Shown here piece by piece: positions 14,066-26,600 of a DNA stretch of 64,000 nt. This stretch comes from Raillietiella orientalis (taxonomy: Eukaryota), in contig JAYWIR010000059.1 of NCBI GenBank assembly GCA_036172245.1, positions 496,001 through 560,000 on the forward strand, given 5' to 3'. The notes beneath the pieces are model-generated. The model worked only from the letters and a program-made list of their open reading frames with translations. It did not search any database and was not told the origin of the DNA. A program made the translations under genes and the position numbers. Numbering within the stretch: the first letter of the stretch is position 1; each line of letters begins with the position of its first letter.

Positions 14066-14523
14066 CTTCCCTCACAAGTCGAGGAAGGAAGGGAGAAAGC
14101 GAACATCAAGACGGATCTCTTTGAAGACCATGCCTTTCCATTACTGCCGCTTCCCCAATCCCGGGGAGCGTTTCGCGCTTTGAATTCCCAAGTCTTCGGA
14201 ACGGAGCTCCGAAAGCGTCGCAACGCTCCGTGGTCTTTTTGGCCAAAAGATATGGCGGCTCGTCGTGCCTTCTCCCCCTTGGGACGCGATGCTGCTTCCC
14301 ACTCAGGTCTCAGGGAGAAACCCACGCGAAGAACTGCTACCAGCATCGCATATCCTGCTCGGCAAGGGAATCTCATCTCGAAAGCCAATTTGTCTAGGAA
14401 ACAGACTCATTCCTTGCTTTCTTCGTCTTCTTCTTTGTCTTTTATTGCTTCCACCTCTGTTTTTTCGTGGCGGACTACCTCTGAAGCTCTCGTTTTGCAG
14501 AGTGCACAGAGAAGGAAACTTGG

Positions 14524-14611
14524 ATGTATGAAGTCTGCACCATTCTGATTGGGTTTTGTTTCACACTAGCTAAAAAGAATGGAAAAACTGCGCTTCTATT
14601 TTTGGGATTCG
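14524..14611 (+). CDS. dpr: Putative first coding exon of the dpr gene (signal-peptide-like MYEVCTILIGFCFTLAKKNGKTALLFLGF)
   Basis: Strong donor TTCG|GTAAGT at 14611/14612 in phase 1, matching the next exon. An upstream acceptor TTTTGCAG ends at 14500, so a further 5' UTR exon may exist. The peptide is hydrophobic but not a textbook signal peptide. Confidence 0.5.
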
Positions 14612-17600
14612 GTAAGTACCAATGCCTCCTTCCCCTTCCCCCACCTTCAGTGCTTCCTCCCACCCCTACTCCGGCCCACGTCACATCCCGCTCATTCACT
14701 GCCGTCTGGAAAGACGGAGAACATCCGTTACCTTGCGCTCAGCTTCTCTTCTGCATCGGCAGAAAAGGGCGGTAGTGCGGGGTGGCTACGGGAAGGTAGA
14801 GGAAGGTCACGCCCTCCGGTTCACTTCGCGGTAGTTTCCTCCAACAGAAAGCAGGGGGGTTTCCGGACGAGACTCCAAATTGCACAAAAGTGGTACATGG
14901 AGAAGCGCGTGTCCGAGAGCAGCAGACTGAGAAAAAAGGGAGAGAGGGAAGGACGACAGAACCGGCTGCCTCGCACGGGATGCGGCTCGAAATCGATTGG
15001 ACATACCTCTCTGAAGAACATTCTGCGGAAGATCTCCGTTGCGCTTATCTCTGTAGCTCAGGAGCTCCGCCTTACCTCCAGGCGTATTCAGATGCGACAA
15101 GCCTTAAGCGCCTAGAGCATGCCCCGAACCCATCAAAAATAATGTCGTGAGTGAGGGGAAACCTCACAGAGGGCGGCGGAGTCTGCAAGGTCAAAAAAAG
15201 GTGAACCTAGGGAAGTGGTGGGAAATCTTTTCCTGCCCGAGAGGAATGCGGGGCGGCTTACGAGCAACTCTCCAGCTTCAGAACTGGCCTGAACTGGATG
15301 AATGATCTATCCGGGTCTCCTCTTCCTCCTTTTCCATTCCTCCTTCTCCCCCTCCGTTGCCCAGCGAGTGTTTCTACACGTTCTGAGCATCCCGACAAGG
15401 TACGCCTGCTCTCGAGATCTCAGCATTCGAAAGTAGCATGCTCTCCACTCGGGGGCTCCACGTCCTTTCCACCTCCAGGGAGTGATTTAGGGGGGTATGG
15501 CAGCAGGAGAAAAGGATCTCGAATAATATCTCGGCGGTTTCTTCTCTCTCTCTCCCCTCCTCCCCCCGCTTCTCCTTCTCCCCTTCCGTTCCTTTTCCTC
15601 TTTTTCCCCTCTCTCTGTCCGCCGCTTCCCTTCCCTTATCGAACGGTTCCCCCTTACTGCCGACATCCAGGGTGCTCTTCGGCGCAAGCGAAGAGGCGGA
15701 GGAGCAGATGGGAAATTTCGGTGAGCGCGCGCAAGGACAGTCGTCAGGGACTAGGGGTTTCTCGGGTACTCAGTGGAGTAGACGGGAAGGAAAGGAGAAT
15801 CGGGGTCCCACGAGAGACGTGCCTCTTCTCCATCCTTCGTCTTCCTCCCCTCGCCCCCTTACCCCTAGGAAGCAGGGGAGATGGCGGGGGATCGAGAGCA
15901 CTTCGGCCGGAGCTCCTGATTGGGAGTTGCGTCCATCCGCCCCGGAGAGGAAGCTCTGCACTGGGAACAGTAGGGGGATCGAAGATACCCTCTCTGATAG
16001 ATGGTCCAAAGGTCTTCCTCATCGTCTACCCTCCTTATGCCGTCCTTCGGGGCTAATTGATGGCTCTGCAGCCACCTCGTGGGCGGAACCCTGGAATGCC
16101 ACCACGCCTGCAGTTCTTCGTGCGGCGAGGGATCTCCTGGAGACGACCAGAGAAATCCGCAAGGCAGACGACAGCGATTTTGGAAGCAGAGGGAATGGGG
16201 GTGGAGCAGAAGTGATTTTCGTGTCATCTGCCAAGACGGGACACCCACCGGAGTCGCGTGCTCCGAGGAAGGCGAAGCTGCACGGAGGGAGGGGAGAGGT
16301 GAGAAACGTCTCGGGACGAAAGTCTCGGAATCTCGTTCTCAGTAGCGGGAAGCATCCTTTTCCCTCTCATCCGCCTCTTCACCTGCTCCGCGTCCTTTGC
16401 GAAAGGGACCAGGATCTTTCTCCGGGATCTTCCGCAGGAAGGGTACAGCCTTGTATCCTCCGTGCGATGGTCTAGAAGACGCCACGGGCGCAACGAGCCC
16501 GCTTTCCGGCGTCCCTGAGATGCAAGCGCGCGCAGCTCATTGTTGGAAGCGTAGAGTAATGCTCCTTCTGTATCGGAGAGGACCCGCCTTCCAAAAACCT
16601 CTAGGATTTCTGCCGAATTCCCAGAGCATGATTCTCACCGCACCCATCCCTCCGTTCTGTCTCTTGGGTGAAGATCGCTCTACGTACGGCAGCTGAGTGC
16701 TTGCAAGTCCTCACGGAGGTGGCGCCGGGAACGGACGGACGACCTCCTGAAGGACGGGCGTTCCTGAGAAAGTGCCGCGCATGGGTCGGAGGGAAAGCTG
16801 GCAGTTGCTCGCGGGGCAAGAAGATCATCCTCCCGGAACAGGTCGCAGCGGGGTCAGGAGGGCCCGGGACTCGGGGGGAAGGGAGTGACGGAAGTGTCAG
16901 GTGACTATGAGCGTCGGTCCCTCGCATCTACGCTGCGCCTAGTCCAGGTACCAGTACCCAGCGGCATGATCCAAGCTCCTGAATCGCGTCTCCTGTCCGG
17001 TCCCCAACGAACAGCCACGCATTAGTGCAACCGAACCTCCTCTCGGACTACTTCTCCACCCATCCCTTGAAGGGGCCGACGATCTCTCCACGGTTCAGGG
17101 AACGAGCACTGGGGAGGAACGCACCAACGCCACCACCATTGTCAAGACAGGGGAGGGCAGCGGTGGTCCCCCTTTCCTCTCTTTCCCCACCTCTCCCCAC
17201 CGTCCGCGTTTCACCGTCGGCGCTCTGAAGTCTCCCTGCCCTTCTTTTCAGACTCCTCGCGGGCAGGCCTGGCCATCACTCCTTCTGGGATACCGGAAGG
17301 GGACATCCTGAGCCCCCACTTCGACAGGAGTGCCGTCACCAACGTGTCCGTCCAGCTTGGCGCATCTGCTTACCTGCCCTGCAAGGTCCGGAGACTGGGA
17401 GATAAATCGGTGAGCTCCAGTGTCCCCGTCCCATCCCTGTAGAGGCACCAGCGAGCTCGCAAGTGCCAGGGGTCCCTCCCGAGAGACAGGATTTTCCTCC
17501 TCCTTTGTGAAGGGCTGCGCCGCTGCAGTCTTCCCGCCTTCCGTGGACGACGGCAACAGAAAGAGGGAAGGGGAAGAAAGATGGTGGGGGAGGAGAGAGA

Positions 17601-20600
17601 GGATGGAGAGAACGTTCGTTTGCCTTCCGCCCTCACCCCCCTTCTTCTCCGTTTCCTCCCTCCCACCCTTGGAGTCTAAAGATGCGTAGTCCTAGAAGTC
17701 ACCTGCCTCTCCTCTCTCACGCAGCGTCGGCACCTAAAAGGAAATGCTGGGGTGCTCCTCCTCCTCCCAGTGACATCCGAGTAGAAGAGAGCTCTCCGCA
17801 GAGCCTTTAACTGCGTGTGGGTAAGAAGGCGCTGATGAGAAGCTAGGAGACGCTTTGGGGACGTCTGAGCTCTGGAGGAACAGGAAGGAGCGGTCTTTCC
17901 TTCCTCCTCTGAAAGAACGGTTAAAAAAATAATAATAATAGAAAAGGCAGTGTCGCTAGTCCGGTGACCCTGACCACGGAACCTCCAGGATCGTCGCTTC
18001 CAGGAAGGCCGTGTGAGAGAAAGTGGTGCCAGCGAGGAAATCCTGGAGAAGCGGCACCTGGCGCTGATGACTCAGCGCGTGCTCCAGGAGGAGAGAGAGA
18101 GGATGAGTCAGGAGAGGGAGACTGCCCTCTGGAGAAACGCCATCATCACGTGACCACCGAGGCTACCCAAAAGCACTCAGAGGCGCACCTAGAGAAGGAG
18201 GAGCCACCTCTTTGTGAAGCGCCCATCTCCATGACAGCCTCGAACTCTGTCTGATCTGGAGATTACCTCCTCCTCCCTCGAGGCTGGCATACCTTCTTCC
18301 CTCCTCCCCGTGAAGGCTTCCGGGAGGAGTGTATGTGGTGACGGCGCTAGGAGCGTGCAGCACGTGGGAACGCACGTGTTCTACACGCGGCCGGGTTAGA
18401 GCCAGCGTGCGGCTACGTGGATGGCAGAACGGCTCCCGGAAGATCGGGTACATCCGTCCTCCCTCTCAGAAGCAATTTCCTCCTGAAGCGGAGGAGGACA
18501 GCCTCCTACCGCCCGCGGTCAGGAGACCGGAGGAGAGAGTCTCAAGGAAGGAAATCTTTCAGGAAATGCGGGTCGACTCGGGGGCGCTAACAGAACCGCC
18601 TGCGGTCACCGCAGGCGGTGCTGAGAGCATGCCGTCTCCAAACCCCTACGCATAGAAGGCTAAGCGTCAAGGATGACCTTCTAAGGGATCACTCTGATGC
18701 CACAGTTCCTCGCTCTTTCCCTCGTTTCCTGCCAACTAGAATGTCCGTCGGCGGTGCGAGGAGACTGCTTTCTCTTCCTCTCTTGAGGACGCGGACTGTT
18801 CCGGGATGCTGAGAACGATAGAATCGGTGTCCCAGGAGTTACGCTTGTAATGTAGGATGGTGACCTCGAATAAAGAGACAGCCAACAGCTGAAGGCTGAC
18901 TCTTCGACAGCGTCTGGCTCCGCCTCAGAGTTGTCTCCCTAACTGTTGTGATCCAGAGTATTGCTCGAGTATCTCGTTTAGCTGCTCACGCGAGAATGAA
19001 AAGAAAAAAAAATGAGTGATAGTACAGCGATGATAGTGAAGTGAGAAGACTCGTTCGGTTATGATGGTTTAGCAACACAGATACTAGGTGACTGAAGTGC
19101 TGATGTTGGGAATTAGTGTACTGCCCTCTTCAACTATCTATTTTGAAGAACATGAATTCTCAAAGGTCCTTCTTCCTTTGCTTTATCTGGGGTTTTGTAG
19201 ACTTTGGTTCTGCATCTCTTTATGAGCATCCTATCCTCACTAACCACTCCAGCATCCGAGCTGCTTTTAACCGACATTTCCAGATCACCTACTCTTCATT
19301 CCCTGAAAGGATTCATAATTGGCTTGGGATAGAAAGGAAGGTAGGGTAGGGACGATGCGTTCTCTGTGCTCAGTTTTATTATCCTCCATGCTCTTAATGC
19401 TTCTTCGTTAACGTCCGAAATGCAAGTCTTACCCGTGTCTCTCTTCCTTCTCCGATTTGGTTTATACATCTTGAAATATCTTCTTTTTCATCGGCTGTAT
19501 TGACGAAAATTATCATTGAACACTCTGAACCACGGTCCTCATGAAGCTGCAGTTGCTCTACAAGCAACATCAGATCTGCTAGCAAAAATGCTAGCAGATC
19601 TGATGTAGAAGATCCATCTTCTTTAAGGTGCGAGGGAATCTGGCCACGCTAATGCTATTCACGAGTGGGTCAGCTCATGGCTCAGAGCATCTGTCGATAT
19701 TCCGCGGTCTGGCGGAATTTAGGCGGCTATTAGGCGGCGGGTGGCCATTTTCAGAGCTTAGCATCCGATCACCAATCTTCTTCGACATATTTTGCCAAAG
19801 GACCTCGAAAGTCATCCAAAGCTTCCCGTCTCTGCTTGATCTTTTAATCTGAACGGCAATTCCTACCGCCTCGAATTCCCACCGAAGCACATCCTTTCAG
19901 AGAAATAAGCGGAAGGTTGCTCAGTTGCGAAGAAAAATTCCTCCGCTGAAGCTTCTTGGATACGGAGTCTTCGGCACTTATTGCCGCAGTTCTAGACTTA
20001 ACTGGATCGCCCTAGTCATGCATCAATGGCTCCATCGTTGATTTCAAAGTTGGTTACTCTGCAAATCTGGTTCGAACTGAGCAACACTCACTGGAGCTTC
20101 AACTTCACATTCCCATGCTGTTCTTACATCATTGGCTCTTCGTATACCCATCTCATGAGTCATGGAAGGTTCTCGCTGAAAGAGTCTCATGTTCCTTCGT
20201 GTACTCAGAAGCATGAATTTTGCCTTTCATCTGAAGTTTATTTTCATGCAAATTAAGAGGAAAGAGGGCAAATATCTTCCGTGGAAACGTGCACTTATTG
20301 AAGCTGCACTCAGCATGAATCCTTAAAAGCGTTCCTAACCTGGTGATATGCAGCTCTGCCACACTCAAGTTTTCCCAAGATCTTTACCGGTCAGTCGAAA
20401 GCGATCAAGTCACCTGCCTTCGCATTCTTTTACTCGGAAATCTTCTGAGTCGATAGAAATTCATTCTAGGAGGGAGCAGTTGTAGCACAGAACGAAATTT
20501 CCATTTGGTGACCTAGGAATATCAGAACTCTACATTCCCATGCCGTTGAAGATCGTGTCGATGCTCAATAAGAGTGCAGAATATTTCGATCGTTGAGACC

Positions 20601-23600
20601 TCATTCATGTTTTTTATTTTTCAGAAAGTGAATTTTCGCCTTCTTTGAGACTAAAACCGTCGAAAGAAACTTCCGAAAGACACGATTGCCTTCTGCTTGA
20701 TTTTGACAAATTGAATGAGGGCATGGAACGCTAAAGGATCGTTTTTTGCTTTCATCTTTGCTCATCTTTGAAGCATCTCAAGAAGTGTCAGAATGAGAAA
20801 ACATATATAAACAACTCTTGTTCACCATCTCAAGTAGGAAACAATAGACGTTCTTGGATAAACTTCGTATGGGAATGGGGCGTGTGCCTGAAGTGTTTGC
20901 TGCAAGACATGAGAAAGCAAGCAGTGGACAAACGCTCCAAGTCCGTGTGAGCAAGTGAGCTTTATAGATGCTCAAAGATTGGGCACCACGCACCTTTTCG
21001 TTCTCAAAGAGATTGAAAAAAAATTGAAAATATTCTCATGATAAACTTTACTCACCCATTTGGTCTATATCATCTCACGTATCGTCTATCTGTCTAGAGG
21101 CGTCATGCCAAGTGGCATGGCAGCTTTCTTCTTGCGACCCAGCAGACACTAAGCTAATGCTGGTGCTGCTTGGCGACTGAGCCGGCTTCCTCTCCGTTCT
21201 TTTTCGAATAGAAATGGATTTTTCTGCTGAAGAAAGACGAAATCGTTCACATATGTACAATCTCCTGGATACTGGGTGGCGACTTCAAGGACGTCAACTT
21301 CAAGAGAAATTTATTCTATGCACTTTACGTGAACTACTGGATTAAATATTTAAAATTATTTTTTCTTCAATTCGATATCTTGTTCGTTCGAAACAGTACC
21401 TGAGAAAAGACAGAGGAGCACAACACTTGATAAGGAATGTATTTCTTTGAGAATGATTATTTCATACCGATGAAAGATCATCAAATATACATCTATCCTT
21501 CGTGGATGCATAATGGATTGTGGAATGGAAACCTTCGGAAGAAGATTAAGTGTAGCCTTCTTCCACAAGTTTCCGTTGATGTGATTGCTCTTATTTCTTT
21601 CATGAAAAATTTTCTCTCACATTGGGAAACTTGCGCATTCTTCCTGATTATTGCCCTTCCATACATTAAACCGATCTGGGAATTGCCTGTTCTGTTTACA
21701 TGGGAGATGGAACAGGAGGCTATTAGATAGGCACTTATCCTGTTTGGAAATCACACTGGATGCATAAATCCAATTATGACATAATCGCTTCTGGAGGAAT
21801 ACAAGGAAAAAGTGAAGGCATTTTGCAGGAACAAAGAGCATTAGTGAACATCTTTTCCGTAGTTCAGCAATCGCCGAAAAGTTCAACATTCTGGATGCTG
21901 GAAGTTCTACATTTAATGATAGATCCTTAAAAAAAAGTTGAAAACTCTCCAGAGATCCATTTTTCAATTTCACATTCAACTATTCCAGAAATACTGAATG
22001 AAGTAAGAGTTTCCTCGTATTGCTATTTGGAAACTGAAGATCTGTTGCGAATGCATTCGACAGAACTAATTGTGAAATGAAATGACTCCACAGTTCTTCC
22101 CCTTAACTAACAAGCACTTCCCTAGATATTCGAATGACACTTACTAAAATTTTGTTAAAATCCCGTGAAATCAAACTCTAAAGAAGAAACCAGAAAAGCT
22201 ACCAGATAATATGTGCTTATCTTAAGATACGGTCAGCAACGATAAGTCAGACTATTAGAACTTTGACGCTTTTATGTTCCTTCATCTGAAATCACGGAAA
22301 GCAGGGAAAGCCTAATTTCCTTGGTTTTTCTGCTTTTGCTGGAGAGATTCAGGGCACTAAGGTCACGCCAGGAATCCGCACAGCTGCGGTTCATGATCAT
22401 AGTCGTTGCACATGAGCTTCCATGAGACTGTGAGTGAGTACAGAAGAAATGATCCTCACTGATCCGATTTACTATAGACTTGGAACTCGTTCCTCAACAC
22501 TGAGTTATTCCCTGTCGAACAGCGCTTGTTTCAGAACTTTGATCACCGATCAAAAGAAAACTCAAGGTTTTACCATTCTTTGTATGCTTGATTAATGACT
22601 GCATCGTGTGATGATGAAATGAAATCTGCAGAGGATGAAAATGATCAACTACCTGAGCGATACTTGGTAGCTGTCTTGTCTTTTTTTAAAAACTTCTGAT
22701 CCCCTGCTGTTCAAGCAGATGATTCATTACATTGCATGATCTGCATAGCCTGAATGATCAATGGCCATGCAAGCAATACGGATTACTGATCAAGGAGGAG
22801 ATTTTAACTGGAGTTCAGGATGAGTTGATGAAGGCAGTAAAATTTTTATTTAAACAGCTGACTAACGCGAGTATGCGGTAGATGACCGATTGGCATATGG
22901 CGGGAACTCATGTAGTTTTGCGAAACTCAGAATAAGAAAGAAATTCACATTTGTATTTTGCTAATGGTACTCTTGTGGAGGTTCTGATTTTTTTTTTTTT
23001 GGATTCTAGCAGAAAATGCATGATTACGATTGGTGGGAAATCGAGTTTGCGTGTTTTCATCAGCTACATGTTACTAGGGGTTGCGTAGTTGCTATTTACA
23101 AGCTGTAGAATTATAGCTCCACAAGCAGCGGCAAACCGACTGCTCTTTGATTTCCGCCTGAATATTTCCAATCTCTCAGGGATGCTAAACTGGAGTTGTT
23201 CCATAAGCCAGTACTTTGCTCGTTTGGAGCTGCTCTTCCTCATATCTACATCAATTAAACTTCAAAGTATCGGCTGGAGAAAAAGGAAAGACAGTTTAGA
23301 GCTTGGATGTCTTAATGAGAAAATAGATATGGAAGTTATGCTTATCTCCAGCCATTGAAATTTTCATGGTTTCTGAATCTAAGTATCTAAGGAAGCACCA
23401 TAAGCCACAAGCAGGTATTTATGATGCTCCTCGTAATGTATGAGATTAGATACACGCATAAGCTTTGCATACCATTCCATTGTCTGAATGGCGTGATATC
23501 GTCAAATGAGCTCGCCATTTTCTGGAATCCAATGTACACTGTGATTCTCTGATACTCGCGTTGTAGTTCTAGTTAGTTTTGCCCAAGTTTGCTTGAAGTT

Positions 23601-26600
23601 TTAAAAGTTCTAGTCCAAACCAGTGGTGAGCTGTATCATAAAATGTCAGCTATGTGCCTTACGGAGATGAGGAAAATTTTAGTTTCAGGATCTAAATTTT
23701 TCTTAGTGCCTTTTTGTCCAAATTCGATGTTTCTTAGATAATAATATCAAATCGCGCACGCTGTTTCCATCTTGTTCTTCGTTTGGGTCAATCAGATCAA
23801 AATCTTCCGAGTTTCTATGACAATCATTTCTGTTGGAGACTGGCCTTGCAAGCTGAAGGCATTTCTTGCCAGTCGGAAGGGCTGCCAAGTTTACTCGCCG
23901 ACTTTTCGGCTCCAATCTTCTCAGCACTGGTCACGTGAGAAACGGTGGTTACGACTCCTTCCAAGATCAAGGAAACGAGATTCCTTGCATGTTGCCTGTT
24001 GCTTTATTTTTTCACTTCTGTTGGTGTTGCTCTCTGGAATCCCCTTCGAGGTTTCTCGAAATTTTGTTTCCATTGTCTTGCTGGCAAAGTGGAAAACTCC
24101 ATTCTAAATCCATCATCTTGAGAACTTAATTAACATCTTAACCACGAAATTTATTTTTAGCAGCTCATTTCATATTTTTTGGTCATCCTTTCAGAGGTCA
24201 CCCCTCATCCTCATTTAAGCTTTTCTGTATTTTCCAGATGATTCAGTAAAACGGTGCTTAATAAGAAATCTGGGCGTCTTCATTTGATGAAATAAATGAT
24301 GATGCATCAGTTTCATAACACAATTTTGGAGCGTACCAAAGTCTATTGCCTATCCGTAACCGGAATTTATTTCACTGCCCAGTCTTCCATTCTAGGCAAG
24401 CGTATTTATCAAGCCTTAGTTTCGTGAGCTTCGAGCCAATATTGTCTGTCAGTGCATCTTCCTGAAGAGTGATGCATAGGGATTAAAAGAACCCAAATAA
24501 CCTTGATCTTTGCCGATTCGTCGTTTATAACTTATTTGGAAGTGGTGCTTGGAAGAAGGTCTTCGTTCTATTCGAAGTGAGAAAGCAGTGAGGGAACAGT
24601 ATGTGCTTACTGACGTTTTTCATAGTTCTAGAAACTGAATATCTCTTAAGGACAGCAATAAGGATGCTTGCAAGGCTAGTGAAAGTGCATCACTAATGAA
24701 AATCTCTCTGGATTAAAATACTGGAATTACGAAAACTGGAATCACTGAAAACCTATTTTTGCAAAAAACAAAAAAAGGGGGGGGGAAGTATTTTCTTTCT
24801 CTCTAAACCAGGGAGTAACCTGTAATTTCCACAAAATAGGCAATTTTTGGTAGTGCGATGAGACTGTCGCCATATTTTCCGAGAGACATCGAAATGAAAG
24901 AGAGGAAATGCTGAATTAAATCTTAACATAAATGCATTAGTTCCTGATGGATTTCAGAAAGAGATGAAACTTTTTATTAAATCCACAGGGAGGAGCCAAA
25001 ACTGAAGGAATAAATTCCGCACGTCTTTCCCTACAATTCTGTTCTGTTTTCGTTTCGGGAATCCAATGATCTGTTCAACAGAGAAAACTTTCAACGGGAG
25101 AAAATTATTTCAAGAGAACTGCAAGGAGCTATGGAAACCTGAAGGCTCCCAGCGCTCGCTGTCGATTAACTGAGTTATGGGATACTAGTAGTCGAATTTC
25201 GAAGACGGACTTCCATGTGATCGGCATGCAGTGAAAATTTTCGGTGAAGTTTTGTATGTGGACGGTTTTCTATTGCTCCACATTTGCCAACTTGGTTACC
25301 AATAGAGGTTTTTTTTTTTCTGCATACGAGAGTTTAGCATTCCCATTCGCATTCTTCAGATCAATTGGATCGATAGTTGTTAACTTTTTGTGTGTCTCTG
25401 CTCTTGAAGTTGCAGCCTTCTCTCGATCATAAAAATATCAAGGATATACCGCAAAAACACACTTCTATGTACTGGTTTCCTTCTCCGGATCATAAAAGGG
25501 TTATTTACTGCAAAAGATGAAGTCTCACTGTCTTCAAAAGCGGTTTTCGAAATAATGGAGAATATCGGTTTAGTTAATTGGGAAAGACAGTATTCAGAGC
25601 GTACAAGAACACATTAAAAGTTTCGTAGTGTTTTCAACACTTCGATAATGGAATAAATTTCTCTTTAAGTAAAACAACACATTCAGAAAATTTGGATGTC
25701 GACAACCCTAATTTGTGAAATGCATCTCAAGGAATGCTTGCTCGCCCTCAAGCAGACTGAAGTGCTACGTTAAAAAGATGTTAAAAAGGATTGCATTCAC
25801 ATGGACGCACTTGCATCGAACAATGTCTTTGTCAAATAATCTGTCTACAGCAATCAAGAGTGACTGCATCTATTCTTGTTGATACTCCCCTTCTTCCCAA
25901 GCAGATGTTTTTCCAATGATCTACATATCCCAGCTCCTCTCAGCTAGAAGGTGAAGCCTCCAATACAAGATCGGATGGGTTTCCTATCAAAGCAGGTTGC
26001 TTCAGATACTACTTTGCAGTGCAGAAGGTGAATTTCTAACCTTTCTAGCCGATAATGGCTGAATTTTTCTCTGTCTTCCGACGATCCGCTCTAATTTCTG
26101 ATTCGCTGTCCAATGGAGAAACGAGCTCTCTTTCATGAGGTCTTTCTTCAGGTACTCGCTGAGGACCACAAGAGCAAAGTAAATGAAAATACCTGGGCAT
26201 TTATTTATCACCATTCTTCAGCCCATGATGTTCCTGTATGTTGATGCTACATCCTAGGTGCTAAATAGAGGGAATGTTTTTGAGTTCCATATGCAAAAAC
26301 GTAATGTGCAAGTCTAACTCTAAATTAGCACTTGAACTGATCATAGACTATGTTCCTAAAAGTGTACAAAAATCACTTCAGATACCAAGAATGGTGGTTT
26401 GAACGACAAGGGATGCAACAGCTTCCAATCTTCTTTTTGCAGTTTTTCGCAATTTGCTCTTGTTATTTGTTCTCTTCTGTATACTGAAACAGTGTGAACA
26501 GATAGAACAGTGTGAATAGCACAAAAGGAACCTCCTATGTCTGGAGTGTCTTTCCGACACTCTACCTCATACTCCCATACTGCCAAAAACAGTATGAAAA

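Larger units (their letters stand above)
14100..18800. promoter_or_regulatory. GC/CpG-rich island with polypurine/polypyrimidine tracts around the first dpr coding exons
   Basis: Visibly higher GC and CpG than the flanks, many (CT)/(GA)-rich runs, and no recognisable TE protein motifs. A regulatory role is inferred from position only. Confidence 0.35.

Noticed and set aside
15298..16475. Long ORFs of 252 aa and 267 aa
   Set aside because: Overlapping, low-complexity Pro/Ser/Arg/Gly-rich frames in GC-rich intronic DNA with no domain motifs; expected by chance.
16628..16667. Alternative first dpr exon MILTAPIPPFCLL
   Set aside because: Phase-compatible, but the donor (GTGAAG) is weak and the signal peptide poor; 14524-14611 is better supported.
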